Position numbers and translations under genes: made by a program. Of a stretch of DNA of 64,000 nt, positions 9,969 to 22,356 are shown in pieces (positions within the stretch are counted from its first letter, which is position 1; each line of letters begins with the position of its first letter). Source of the stretch: Tubiluchus corallicola (Eukaryota; Animalia; Priapulida); NCBI GenBank assembly GCA_030141605.1, contig JAQGDQ010000365.1:169519-233518 (forward strand), written 5' to 3'. The notes beneath the pieces were generated by a model. That model did not search any database, was not told the DNA's origin, and worked only from the letters and a program-made list of their open reading frames with translations.

Positions 9969-10844
9969 TCAAATAAACTTTTTTATTTGTTCAAATACAT
10001 CTATGGTTGCTCTTGACTTATTGAGAGTATAAAAATGTAGTGCTTGTATACCGTTGTTTAGGAGCTCTTTGCACTGTTTTATGCTATATTCTAACCCTAT
10101 TTCATAACAAGCCTTTTGATCATTTTGGTGTTTATTTATCTTCTCTGATAGGGCTGTTGGTATTTTTGCATGGCATAAATTAGATATCTTTTTTATTTGA
10201 TTAAAATTTACTATTGGCATAATTCCCGGTATTATGGGAATGTCAATACCTATTTTTTTAGTATTTTCTAAAAATGAAAAAAAATAGCTATTGTCAAAAA
10301 ATGTTTGCGTAATAATAAAGTCTACCCCATGATCTGCTTTTTTCTTCAAATTTTCTAAGTCTGTTTTTTGGTTTGATGCTTCTGGATGCGTTTCAGGGTA
10401 CCCTCCCGCCCCTATACAAAAATTGTCGCCATAGTTTATTTTTACAAATTTTATCAGATCAGAAGCATATTGAAAATCATTATTAAAGGCTTCCGTTTTG
10501 TTTTTCCCCTGCGGTATGTCTCCACGTAACAGTATCAAGTTCTTTATTTTTTTCTGTAACAAAAACTCCATATCTGCTTGTACAGTTTCTTTTGAAGCAT
10601 TTACACATGTATAGTGTGCTGCTGTGGTAAATTTTAAATTATTAGAGGCATAGTCTACTAAATTGAAAGAAGTATTTTTTGTTGAGCCTCCTGCACCAAA
10701 TGTAATGCTTATAAACGATGGGTCAAGTTTTAGCAGTTGACCTATATTGATTCCAAATTCAACAGTATTCAGAAAGCTTTTGGGAGGAAAGAATTCAAAG
10801 GAAAAAGAGTGTTGTTTGGACTTTAATATATCTTTTATTTTCAT
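9969..10844 (-). CDS. metF: methylenetetrahydrofolate reductase
   Basis: SFEFFPPK, SITFGAGGS, LRGD, GGYPETHPEA, ITQTFFDN, HFYTLN motifs. Confidence 0.93.
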   Translation of the reverse strand: MKIKDILKSKQHSFSFEFFPPKSFLNTVEFGINIGQLLKLDPSFISITFGAGGSTKNTSFNLVDYASNNLKFTTAAHYTCVNASKETVQADMEFLLQKKIKNLILLRGDIPQGKNKTEAFNNDFQYASDLIKFVKINYGDNFCIGAGGYPETHPEASNQKTDLENLKKKADHGVDFIITQTFFDNSYFFSFLENTKKIGIDIPIIPGIMPIVNFNQIKKISNLCHAKIPTALSEKINKHQNDQKACYEIGLEYSIKQCKELLNNGIQALHFYTLNKSRATIDVFEQIKKFI

Positions 10845-10847
10845 CTT

Positions 10848-11819
10848 CTATAACTGTGCTTTTAAATACTTCTCTTCATTGCTAATATTAACAATATTTT
10901 TAAATTTATTTAATAAATTAAGTGTTTTAAGGACAAACTTTTTATGCTGCTTTGTTGATGGAAAAGTAGGCTTATGTGAAAGTGCATTAATTATCTGCTG
11001 CCATTCTTGTATGAAATTTATGCTTTTTTCGTCAAAATATATTTCAATAAATTTATTCCATATATAGTTAATAGCTTGGTTATTAGGGTGTATCATATCG
11101 GAAGAATAAAACCTGTAGTCCCTCAAATCATCTATCATAATTTCAAAGGCAGGGAAATATTCTACTTGTTTGTGTGTCTCTTTTATTTTTTCGCAAGCTA
11201 ACCTTAAAATAGATTTACTTATGTTATTTTGTTCTAGAGCATTTTTTATATGCCTCACAGGACTTACCGTTAATATTACTCGAACATTGGGGTTAAGGGT
11301 ATAGATGTGTTTTAATGTTTTTGAGAATGATGATACTATTTCTTCTACACTTAGCCATTTACTTTTAAATAATTCTGCAGGCATCTTATGACAATTGGAG
11401 ACAATTTTTTTTGTTAATATTTGTTCATAGACATATGCGGTGCCAAATGTCATTATTATTACGTCAGAAGTCGTTAGAAATTTTTGGGTGGATTGTAGAG
11501 AGTTTTCTATTTGTTGCTTTAGGGCATTTTTGTTTAATGATGATAAATCAGAATGTACATTAAAGTTATACCAAACTTCTTGATTTTGCACATAGCTATC
11601 CTCTTTAAATGCTTTTTGCAGCATAGCATGTTCTAATAACATAAAAATAGACAAAGGGTTGAACAGTGTTCCGAATGGATTGCTTAAAGCGTTAAATTTA
11701 AAATTTAATAATTGTTGGGCTATATTAGTTGAGAAACAAGAGCCAATTAGAAAAATATTGTCTTTTAAAGATATTTTTTGTTCAGATGGTGTAATATAAA
11801 TTTCTGTACGAAAATTCAT
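10848..11819 (-). CDS. GSCFA domain-containing protein
   Basis: IGSCFS motif, NPFGTLFNP, LTVSPVRH, DDLRDYRFY..DMIHP. Confidence 0.9.
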   Translation of the reverse strand: MNFRTEIYITPSEQKISLKDNIFLIGSCFSTNIAQQLLNFKFNALSNPFGTLFNPLSIFMLLEHAMLQKAFKEDSYVQNQEVWYNFNVHSDLSSLNKNALKQQIENSLQSTQKFLTTSDVIIMTFGTAYVYEQILTKKIVSNCHKMPAELFKSKWLSVEEIVSSFSKTLKHIYTLNPNVRVILTVSPVRHIKNALEQNNISKSILRLACEKIKETHKQVEYFPAFEIMIDDLRDYRFYSSDMIHPNNQAINYIWNKFIEIYFDEKSINFIQEWQQIINALSHKPTFPSTKQHKKFVLKTLNLLNKFKNIVNISNEEKYLKAQL

Positions 11820-11826
11820 CTATCTA

Positions 11827-12414
11827 CTATAATATTAGTAAAAGTTGAGTTAGGCCAATAGTAAAACCTAATACTCCCCCTAATATTTCTATAAGCTTAA
11901 ATTCCTTCTTCATGATGGAGAATAAAATTTGTTCAAGTTTATTTATTGAAAAGTTCTCTACTTTAGTTTGTACTATTTCTTCTACGTTTATTTCCTCTTC
12001 CATTTTTTTCGATATATTTTCAAATATCGTGGGTAATAATGTTTCTATCTCTTTTTGCAAAGTTGTTTTTATATTCTCTTTTGCTTCTGCTCCAACAAAT
12101 GTGGATAGCAAAGGGAATATATCGTTTAGCTGATGGTTTAGAAAATGATCTAATTTTTCATCTATTAATTGCTTTATAGATTCAGTGTTTTTAGGGTTTG
12201 TTAATGCTTTTTTAATATCTTTTGTTGAAAAGAGTTCTTGAGCAACAATTTTTCCTAACCGTTGGGCTAATTTTTTTTGTCTTTTTGGAAAGACTCCTTG
12301 TAGTGTTATAAATAGTAGGTTTATTTTTTTTCTTGGATGAAACAACATTTTGATAGCAATATAGTTTGTTATCCATCCAATAAGGGCTCCAATTATAGGT
12401 AGAGAGTAAATCAT
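11827..12414 (-). CDS. DUF445 family membrane protein
   Basis: IGALIGWITNYIAIKMLFHPR at N-terminus and IEILGGVLGFTIG at C-terminus. Confidence 0.88.
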   Translation of the reverse strand: MIYSLPIIGALIGWITNYIAIKMLFHPRKKINLLFITLQGVFPKRQKKLAQRLGKIVAQELFSTKDIKKALTNPKNTESIKQLIDEKLDHFLNHQLNDIFPLLSTFVGAEAKENIKTTLQKEIETLLPTIFENISKKMEEEINVEEIVQTKVENFSINKLEQILFSIMKKEFKLIEILGGVLGFTIGLTQLLLIL

Positions 12415-13464
12415 TTAATTATTTTTTAATAGCTCTTTTTTATGTTGTTGTAAATATTTTTCCCACTCCCATGCGTGTTTCAATGCGTCTTCTATTGAGT
12501 ATTTGGGTTGCCACTTCATTTCTCGAATAGATTTTTTTGTATCAGAATATATAGCCACAACGTCTCCTGCTCTTCGTGCTCCTATTTCATAATTTAATTT
12601 AGCATTTGTTATTTTTTCAAAGGCTTTGATCAACTCTAATACAGTGTTTCCTTTTCCTGTGCCTATATTGAAAACAAAAGGAGCATTCTCTCTTTGACTT
12701 TTTTCAGAATATTCAAAAGCGGCAATATGAGCTTGTGCTAAATCTACAACGTGTATGTAGTCTCTTATTGGAGAGCCATCAGGAGTGTCATAGTCATCAC
12801 CAAATACAGTAAGCTTTTTGAATTCTTTGTCTTTGATAGCTGTTTTAGTTATGACAGGAACTAAGCTACTTGGTTTGAGCGGTAGTTCGCCTATAAGAGC
12901 GCTATGGTGTGCTCCTACGGGGTTGAAATATCTTAATATTATGGAGTTGAAATCTCTTTTTGTTACATGCATGTTTTTTATTAGCTCTTCGCAAACCTGT
13001 TTTGTATATCCGTATGGTGATTCGGCAGGCTTGAAAGGCGTTTTTTCTGAGACGGGCAGGTGGTCAGGGTTGCCATATACACTGCAAGATGAAGAGAATA
13101 TTAAATGCTTTACATCATATTTTTGTATACATTTAATTAGTGCAATGGTGGAATTTATATTATTATCAAAATATTCTAATGGTTTTTCTACTGATTCTCC
13201 TACTGCTTTTAGTGCAGCAAAATGAATTACTCCTTCTATATTTGCTTCCTTTTCAAATACTTCTTCTAATGCTTGTTGATCGTGGCAATTTACTTGATAA
13301 AAAGGAACTTCCGCACCTATTATCTTTTCAATATTTTGTTTGATTGATAACACAGAATTGGAAAGATTATCCACAATGATAGGCTGATATCCTTTATTGC
13401 ATAGCTCTACAATTGTATGAGATCCAATATATCCTAGACCACCAGTAGTTAATATTTTTTTCAT
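12415..13464 (-). CDS. galE: UDP-glucose 4-epimerase
   Basis: TGGLGYIGSHT, HFAALKAVGES, YGYTK, LRYFNPVGAH, RDYIHVVDLA. Confidence 0.95.
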   Translation of the reverse strand: MKKILTTGGLGYIGSHTIVELCNKGYQPIIVDNLSNSVLSIKQNIEKIIGAEVPFYQVNCHDQQALEEVFEKEANIEGVIHFAALKAVGESVEKPLEYFDNNINSTIALIKCIQKYDVKHLIFSSSCSVYGNPDHLPVSEKTPFKPAESPYGYTKQVCEELIKNMHVTKRDFNSIILRYFNPVGAHHSALIGELPLKPSSLVPVITKTAIKDKEFKKLTVFGDDYDTPDGSPIRDYIHVVDLAQAHIAAFEYSEKSQRENAPFVFNIGTGKGNTVLELIKAFEKITNAKLNYEIGARRAGDVVAIYSDTKKSIREMKWQPKYSIEDALKHAWEWEKYLQQHKKELLKNN

Positions 13465-13495
13465 TTGTTATAGTTTTGTCAATAATATTGTGTCG

Positions 13496-13503
13496 CAAAT
13501 ATA
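13496..13503 (-). promoter_or_regulatory. -7 promoter element (TATATTTG) for the galE-DUF445-GSCFA-metF run
   Basis: TAnnTTTG on the minus strand ~30 nt upstream of the galE ATG. Confidence 0.6.
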
Positions 13504-13540
13504 ATAGTTTTATTTGGCATTATATTAAAAATAGATGATT

Positions 13541-13563
13541 AAGTTACCATTAGGTGGCAACTT
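13541..13563 (-). terminator. putative terminator hairpin after serA
   Basis: AAGTTGCCA-cctaa-TGGTAACTT stem on the minus strand just after the stop; weak U-tract. Confidence 0.4.
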
Positions 13564-13570
13564 CTTCTCT

Positions 13571-14737
13571 CTAACCAATAAAGCGTGTGAATAATACGCC
13601 ATTGATATTTTTTATCATGTCAATGATTTTTTTGTCAACATTTGACTCTACCTCAATAATGTTGTAGGCGACATTATTTTTATTCTTGTTTATAAAAGTA
13701 GCAATATTGATTTGGTTTTTAGACAATACTTTAGTGATTTTTCGTATCATATCTGGAATATTTTTGTTTCCAACAATTAGCCTTTTTGCTCCAGAGTAAT
13801 ACATTTCTGTTTCGGGAAAGTTTACAGAATTTTTGATGTTTCCATGTTCTAAAAACTCTTTTATTTGTTGCGCTGCCATTATGGCACAATTAACTTCTGA
13901 TTCTTGTGTAGAAGCGCCCAAATGTGGAATGCAAATAACCTTTTTATGTTTAATGTAGCTTTCATTAGGAAAGTCTGTTACTACACAACTAATCTTTCCA
14001 CTATCAAGTGCCTCTAAAATGTCTTTTTTTACTAATAATCTATCTCGTGATAGGTTCAAAATTTTCACACCGCTTTTCATGCAATCAATTTTGTTTTTGT
14101 CAATGAGATTTTCTGTTTTATTAGTTTGTGGTATGTGTATGGAAATAAAGTCTGACTTTTGAAGTAAGTCTTCTAGGCTCGCTGCCTTTTTCACTTCTGT
14201 TCTTAAATGCCAAGCACCATCAATAGAAATGTATGGGTCAAATCCTAACACATTCATACCTAATTTTATGGCAGTGTTTGCCACCAGAGAGCCAATAGCT
14301 CCCAAGCCTATTACTCCCAGTGTTTTTCCTTTTATTTCTTTGCCTTTGAATGTAGACTTTTGTTTTTCTATCTCTTTGCTTAAATCTTCTCCTGTTAGTG
14401 TTGAAGCATTTACCCAATTTGTGCCTTCTATTATTGGTCTTGATGAAAGTATTAAACTACTGATAACTAATTCTTTTACGGCGTTTGCGTTTGCTCCGGG
14501 TGTATTAAAGACAACGATGCCTTTTTCTGTACATTTGTCTATGGGAATGTTGTTTACTCCAGCGCCTGCACGGGCGATGCATTTAAGGTTGTTTGTAAAT
14601 TCTATATTCTGCAAATTAGCACTTCTTACTAATATAGCTTCTGGGTTTTGTGCATCAGCAGAAATGGTGTAGTGTTGTGGGTTTAATGTTTCTAACCCTT
14701 CTTTATTTATTTTGTTAAATGTTTTTACCCTGTACAT
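13571..14737 (-). CDS. serA: D-3-phosphoglycerate dehydrogenase with C-terminal ACT domain
   Basis: ARAGAGVNNIP, NTPGANANAVKEL, GLGAIG, PHLGAST, NSVNFP, ACT-like tail. Confidence 0.85.
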   Translation of the reverse strand: MYRVKTFNKINKEGLETLNPQHYTISADAQNPEAILVRSANLQNIEFTNNLKCIARAGAGVNNIPIDKCTEKGIVVFNTPGANANAVKELVISSLILSSRPIIEGTNWVNASTLTGEDLSKEIEKQKSTFKGKEIKGKTLGVIGLGAIGSLVANTAIKLGMNVLGFDPYISIDGAWHLRTEVKKAASLEDLLQKSDFISIHIPQTNKTENLIDKNKIDCMKSGVKILNLSRDRLLVKKDILEALDSGKISCVVTDFPNESYIKHKKVICIPHLGASTQESEVNCAIMAAQQIKEFLEHGNIKNSVNFPETEMYYSGAKRLIVGNKNIPDMIRKITKVLSKNQINIATFINKNKNNVAYNIIEVESNVDKKIIDMIKNINGVLFTRFIG

Positions 14738-14800
14738 GTATTGTTTGCGCGTAAATGTTAAAAAAAGTATTGTAATATATTTGCGGTTTGATACTCTATA

Positions 14801-15283
14801 TTAATAACTATTTTTTAGGTGCTCTATCAATACGTTGTTATCTAAAAACTCTTTAGATTCGGAGTAATCAAATCCTTTTTTTAGAATAAATTTAGTAGTT
14901 AACTCTCTTATTTTGTCTATTAATTTTTTAGAATCCCAAGGTTTTTCAAAATAATTAGATACTCCACCCTCATTGATAGCGTTGATAGTGTCTTTGTGAG
15001 ATGCCATTCCAGTTAAAAGGATTTTAAATGTATCTTTGAATCTGCTATCGTGATGAATTTCTGACAAAAATGTCACGCCATCTTTTTCGGGCATTACATG
15101 ATCACAAACTATTACTGCTATGTATCCCCCATTGACATCTATTTCTTCCATTAATTCATACGCTTCGCTAGCAGATTGACACTCTTCTATATTAACAAAT
15201 TCTGAGAGTTTAGATAAATCTTTTACAATAGTTGTTAGTACGTCTCTTTGGTCATCTACACATAGGATATATATGTTTTCCAT
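14801..15283 (-). CDS. stand-alone response regulator (receiver domain, no DNA-binding output)
   Basis: CVDDQ, VCDHVMP (phospho-Asp), LLTG, EKPW; 160 aa. Confidence 0.9.
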   Translation of the reverse strand: MENIYILCVDDQRDVLTTIVKDLSKLSEFVNIEECQSASEAYELMEEIDVNGGYIAVIVCDHVMPEKDGVTFLSEIHHDSRFKDTFKILLTGMASHKDTINAINEGGVSNYFEKPWDSKKLIDKIRELTTKFILKKGFDYSESKEFLDNNVLIEHLKNSY

Positions 15284-15295
15284 AATTGATTATGT

Positions 15296-16667
15296 TTAGG
15301 TTTTTACAATAGGTAAAGTAATACTAAATTCTGTGCGCCCAGGTTGGCTGTTTAAATTTATTTCTCCGTTGTGATTGTCTACTATTCGTTGTACGATAGA
15401 GAGGCCTAATCCTAGTCCAAAGGATAGTCCTCCTATTTTGGTAGTTACGTCAGGTTGAAATACTTTTGATTGCAATTCTTTTGGTATTCCTGGCCCGTTG
15501 TCTATAATTTTTACTATAGCATTTCCTTCTTTTTTCGCTTATAATTTCAATTTTTGGATTTATGGTATTAGACTGCTCTAATGCTTCTTCGGAATTTTTT
15601 ATGATATTTACCCAAACTTGCATCAGTTCCCCGCGGTCTCCATATATGTGTGCATCAGAGGATAGATTTTTTGTTACGATAATATTATGTATTGTCTTTT
15701 TTAGAAGAGTTAATGATTGGGTTATGGTTTTATTAACTTCTATTATTGATTTGGATCTATCTTGCTGTGTTCCTAATAACTTTACTGATTGTATGATGTG
15801 GGAAGCATGTTGTGCTGCTATTTGCATATCATGTAGTGCTATTCCTAAATTCCAATAAAAAATAACTCTTTCTATAATTTTTTCATGTTTTTGACCTCGT
15901 TCGATTAATTTTTTTAGATCTTCTGTAGGAATGTCAATTTTGGCAAGTTCTTTTACTAATAAAGGATTAGTTCTTTTTAGTGATTTTTTAATTTTTTTTG
16001 CTTTTTCTCTTGCTTCTCGGGTTGATATAGAGTATCCTTTTTCTTTTCCAAGTTCAAAGAATGTAGAGTAAGCTACATGTTTTTCTTTTATATTTTTTTG
16101 GATGTGGTTTTCTAACATCTCTGTGTTGTGATATAGGACACTAATGGCATTATTTAGTTCGTGAGCAAGTCCTCCTGCCATTTGCCCTAATACTTTTAAT
16201 TTTTCGCTTTTTGTTGAGCGTTTATATATTTTTTCTTGTCGGAGTAGGTAAATGGTTGCCAATTCACTTCTAAGAACAATGGTTTCTGTTAGAACAGGTA
16301 TTAGTTGTTGTGAAAAGTTCCCATATTTTTCAGAGGGAACGGGAGCTATATTTTTGTCTATGTAGGCCAATACGGTGTCTTCTCTTGCTATTACGTCAGA
16401 AAAAGAGCGACCTTCTTTTTGCATGTAACTTATAATTCCTACAAAGATACCTTTATCTGCTTTGGCAAACTTTAGGTATGTGCCTTCTTTATTTTCTACC
16501 ATCAAGTCTACGACACCACTTTCTACTAAATAAAGTTTGTCATTGAGCTCTTCTTTTCTTAGCAGAATTTCTCCTTTTTTCAAAAAAATTCTTTTTGTTG
16601 ATTCGTTAAAATAAGTTTTTTTAAACCATGTTAAACCTTTTTTTGTATCTAAATCTAAAAAATCCAT
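15296..16667 (-). CDS. soluble histidine kinase with N-terminal cNMP-binding-like domain (frameshift at ~15530)
   Basis: cNMP-like fold (LKKGEILL...LYLVESG), H-box LAHELNN, N-box VNIIKNS. After a shift in the T6 run at 15530-15535 the frame continues AIVKIIDNGPGIPKELQSKVFQPDVTTKIGGLSFGLGLGLSIVQRIV...TEFSITLPIVKT* to 15296. Confidence 0.85.
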
Positions 16668-16674
16668 ACGTTTA

Positions 16675-18147
16675 TTATATAATTTCTAATAGTTGAAGAA
16701 TAAATATCATGATAATAAGAAGTATATTTCCTATTATGGCACCAAAAATTCCTAATGGAAGGAAGGAAGATGGTTTTATTATTCCCGTTCCGTGTGCTAA
16801 AGCATTGGGCGGGGTGCTTATTGGCAAAGCCATTCCAAATGAGCAGTTATATGCTACTGCTAATATTATTAAGTTTATTCCACCTATGTCTTGAAGACTA
16901 CTCAAAGATACTGCTAATATTGCAACGACAGGCATAAGCAAGTTAGCAGATGCTGTGTTAGACATAAAATTAGACATTAATAGAGCAAGTATAGAGAATA
17001 ACATTATTACAATATAGGGAGAAAAATCGGAAAAAGGTATAGATGCGAGGACATTTTTGGCAAATCCTGTTTTTTCAAGTGCTAAGCCTAATGCTATTCC
17101 TCCTGACACTAACCACAACACATCCCAGTTTATTTTTTTTAAATCTTCTTTTGTGATAATGCTTGTGATAGAGAAAATACCTATTGGTATAGTAGCAACT
17201 ACATAAGAGTTCAAATTGATCAAGTCTCCAAATATCCACAGCAACACTGTAATACTTAGTGTTATGTAAGTAATGTAAGGTTTTGTGCCTCTTAAAAACT
17301 TTCCTTTAATGTTTAGTTCCATTTTTTTTGTTTTAATTGGAAATAAAGTAATTAAGAATAGCCACCCTAATATAAGTATGACAATGACAAATGGAATAGA
17401 AAAAATCATCCAATCGCCAAAAGATATATTTTCAAGATATTTGAAAGCAATAGCGTTGGGAGGAGTTCCTATTGGGGTTCCTATACCTCCAAGGTTTGCA
17501 GCTGTGGGTATGGCTAATATAAATGCTAATCGGCCTTTGTCGTCAGGAGCTAATGTGTTGATTATGGGAAGTAGGATAGCCAACATCATAGCAGTGGTGG
17601 CGGTATTACTCATAAACATTGAAAATACGCTTGTTATAAGCATTATGCCTAATAAAATCATTTTGGGGTTTGTGCCAAAAGGTTTGAGTAATACTCTTGC
17701 TAAGTTTAAATCTAACCTATATTTTATGGATGCCATAGCTATAAAAAACCCTCCTAAGAACAGAAGTATGATAGGAGAAGCAAGAGTACTCATAATGGTT
17801 TGGTATTTGATTAATGTTCCTACATTTTCATCAATCAAAAAATTCAATCCTTTATCGGAGATTATAAATAGTTGCAATACTATTATTAGCATAGATGTGG
17901 CATAGATTGGAAAGGGTTGAATGATCCAACATAATGCACCTAATAAGAATAGTGCTAATACTCTTTGTTGAATGACGTCAAAATTATCAATAGAAAATTT
18001 TTCAATGGGAATAAATAATACGGCTAAGGGAATAAGAAAACATAGTAGGTTTGCTATTATTTTTTTATTTCTTTTAGCTATTTTTCTTAATCGAAAAATA
18101 TCTTGATTAAATTTTATAGCATTTTGGAGATTGGGGGTTCGTTTCAT
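16675..18147 (-). CDS. SLC13/DASS family sodium-coupled anion (dicarboxylate/sulfate) symporter
   Basis: Highly hydrophobic; two SNT motifs (FMSNTATT, FMSNTAS), TPIGTPPN, PISTPPNA. ATG at 18147 preferred because a TAATTTTG promoter element lies at 18171-18178. Confidence 0.9.
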   Translation of the reverse strand: MKRTPNLQNAIKFNQDIFRLRKIAKRNKKIIANLLCFLIPLAVLFIPIEKFSIDNFDVIQQRVLALFLLGALCWIIQPFPIYATSMLIIVLQLFIISDKGLNFLIDENVGTLIKYQTIMSTLASPIILLFLGGFFIAMASIKYRLDLNLARVLLKPFGTNPKMILLGIMLITSVFSMFMSNTATTAMMLAILLPIINTLAPDDKGRLAFILAIPTAANLGGIGTPIGTPPNAIAFKYLENISFGDWMIFSIPFVIVILILGWLFLITLFPIKTKKMELNIKGKFLRGTKPYITYITLSITVLLWIFGDLINLNSYVVATIPIGIFSITSIITKEDLKKINWDVLWLVSGGIALGLALEKTGFAKNVLASIPFSDFSPYIVIMLFSILALLMSNFMSNTASANLLMPVVAILAVSLSSLQDIGGINLIILAVAYNCSFGMALPISTPPNALAHGTGIIKPSSFLPLGIFGAIIGNILLIIMIFILQLLEII

Positions 18148-18295
18148 AGGTAAATAGTGTATAATTGCTGCAAAATTATATATTTTTAACAAGACTTTAA
18201 AAGATTTTATTTTTTTTCTCTCTTTTTTCTTAACATTGTCTTTAGCTAATTAGTTTATGCTATATATATTATATAAAAAAATTGGTTTTTAAATT

Positions 18296-18502
18296 ATGAT
18301 ACAAGTAACAATTAACAATAAAAAGTATGAGGTGGAACGGCCTTTAACTGTTCCAGATGTATTGACACTAATAGGTTTAGGAGATGGGAATGGAATAGCG
18401 ATAGCGGTAAATGATCTGATAGTATCGCGCTCTAGGTGGCAAAATACAATAATTAATGACGGCGATGAGTGCACAGTTTTTGTTGCTTCTCAAGGAGGAT
18501 AA
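18296..18502 (+). CDS. thiS: sulfur carrier protein ThiS-like
   Basis: 68 aa; GIAIAVND.IV.RSRW....NDGD and C-terminal ASQGG. Confidence 0.85.
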   Translation: MIQVTINNKKYEVERPLTVPDVLTLIGLGDGNGIAIAVNDLIVSRSRWQNTIINDGDECTVFVASQGG

Positions 18503-18559
18503 CATAAAAAATCATATAAATTTTATGTGGCTTTGATATTAGCAAGTAGAAAAACGTTA

Positions 18560-18592
18560 ATAAGCAATAGAAAATTTTTTTCTGTTACTTAT
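18560..18592. terminator. hairpin between convergent thiS and pyk
   Basis: ATAAGCAATAGAAAA / TTTTCTGTTACTTAT imperfect inverted repeat; AT-rich. Confidence 0.35.
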
Positions 18593-18682
18593 CCCATATT
18601 CTTTTACTTCTCTATTGTTATTGCATTGTTTTATATCAATGTCCTTGGGAGCTAATGGTGTGTTAAAAATTATCTGGAATTC

Positions 18683-20104
18683 TTATAGCCTAATAGTTTT
18701 TTTGAAATTTTCAATGAGGCTTATTTCCATAAAACTTGCTCCTTTTGATGGTCCATAATTGCCTGCAAGCACAACAATTCTATCTTTTTGTTGAGCATCG
18801 TATTTCTTTTCAAGCAAATGAATGGATTTTTTTAGAAATTCGTCAGTATTATCTTCTGCTTGTAAGTACTCAGGATAAATACCATAAGACAAACAGAGCT
18901 CTCTCATTGTCTTCTTTTTGTAACATTGTGCTATTACAATATTTTTTCCTCTATAAGAAGCCAACGCTCGGGCAGTTTTTCCAGACATTGTATCACATAC
19001 AATAGCAAAGGCATTGAGCTCTATGGAGGCTTTTACTGCTGAGCGAGATAGAAAGGCAGAAATCTCATTGTTGATTACCACTACTTCCGTTTTTCTCATG
19101 GGTTGAATGCTTTGCTCTACAGCCATAGCAATTTTTGCCATAGTTTTTACAGATTTTTCTGGATAGTCTCCATATGCGGTTTCACCACTTAGCATTATAG
19201 CATCAGTGCCATCATAAATAGCATTTGCCACATCGCTTACCTCTGCCCTTGTTGGGCGAGGGTTTTGTATCATTGTATGCAGCATTTGTGTAGCTATAAT
19301 TATTGGCTTTCGTGATGCAATGCACTTATCTACCAATTGCTTTTGTACAATGGGTATTTTTTCTAATGGAATTTCTACTGCCAAGTCTCCTCTTGCTATC
19401 ATTATGCCATATACATGTTCTAATATCTCATCTATATTTTTCACTCCTTCTTCATTCTCTATTTTTGCAATAATTTTGATATTGCTTTTTTTCTTATCAA
19501 GAAGCTTTTGTACGGCCATTACATCTTTTTTGTTTCTTACAAAAGAGTGAGCTATGAAGTCTAGATCATTCTTGATTGCGAACTCTATATAACTTATGTC
19601 TTTTTGTGATAACGGAGGAAGAGATGTGTGCACAGATGGTATGTTTACACTTTTTTTGCTTCCTATTGTGCCTTTATTTCTTGCAACACATACTAATTTG
19701 TCACTTTCTTTGCCTTTTACTTCCAACTCTATAAGCCCATCATCAATTAGTATTTTACACCCCACAGGCACATCTGTAACAATGTTTTCATAATTTACAT
19801 AAATACACTCTTTTGTTGAAATACCATTGCGATCACCTTGTATGTATATATGATGACCAGATTTGACTTCAATGAGGTTTTCTGTTTTTGTAGTTCGTAT
19901 TTCAGGACCTTTTGTGTCTAACAACAAGGCGATTTTATCTGATACTGCTCTTGTATTGTTAATTACTTTTAGGGAATTTTCAAAATTTTGATGAGCCGTG
20001 TTTAAACGAACAACATTCATTCCAGCATTATAAAGCTTTTTTATAAATGCCACATCACAATTTCTGTCTGAAACAGTGGCTACAATTTTTGTTCTTTTTC
20101 TCAT
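18683..20104 (-). CDS. pyk: pyruvate kinase
   Basis: RTKIVAT, RLNTAH, DTKGPEIRT, IAKIEN, MIARGDL, ATQML, PRPTRAEVSDVANA, MLSGETA. Start at 20104, downstream of TACCTTTG at 20147-20154. Confidence 0.95.
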   Translation of the reverse strand: MRKRTKIVATVSDRNCDVAFIKKLYNAGMNVVRLNTAHQNFENSLKVINNTRAVSDKIALLLDTKGPEIRTTKTENLIEVKSGHHIYIQGDRNGISTKECIYVNYENIVTDVPVGCKILIDDGLIELEVKGKESDKLVCVARNKGTIGSKKSVNIPSVHTSLPPLSQKDISYIEFAIKNDLDFIAHSFVRNKKDVMAVQKLLDKKKSNIKIIAKIENEEGVKNIDEILEHVYGIMIARGDLAVEIPLEKIPIVQKQLVDKCIASRKPIIIATQMLHTMIQNPRPTRAEVSDVANAIYDGTDAIMLSGETAYGDYPEKSVKTMAKIAMAVEQSIQPMRKTEVVVINNEISAFLSRSAVKASIELNAFAIVCDTMSGKTARALASYRGKNIVIAQCYKKKTMRELCLSYGIYPEYLQAEDNTDEFLKKSIHLLEKKYDAQQKDRIVVLAGNYGPSKGASFMEISLIENFKKTIRL

Positions 20105-20330
20105 GATAATATTATGAAAGGTTGAGATGTCAAATAGGTTTTCCTGCAAAGGTATTAAGAAAAACCTTAATAGACGAACTAAATCTTACATTTTCATGCG
20201 CTTTTTATTTCTCCACCTTAACTTTTATTAATTTATTTTATATAAATAACACAATCTTTTTAAAAACTGTTTAGAAACACCTTATTTCTTTTTTTATGTT
20301 TAAATTTAATAAATTAGGCAAATATTTTCG

Positions 20331-20338
20331 TACCTTTG
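20331..20338 (+). promoter_or_regulatory. -7 promoter element (TACCTTTG) of gyrB
   Basis: Exact TAnnTTTG; a divergent copy on the minus strand (20147-20154) serves pyk. Confidence 0.6.
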
Positions 20339-20406
20339 CATAGTAACTCATTGAAAGCTTGCAACTATGTTAAAGCTTTCAATAAAACACATTAATGAAC
20401 ACTTAA

Positions 20407-22356
<1,950 letters not shown>

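Noticed and set aside
18193-18295. TPP riboswitch before thiS
   Set aside because: No conserved aptamer core; the region is almost entirely A/T.
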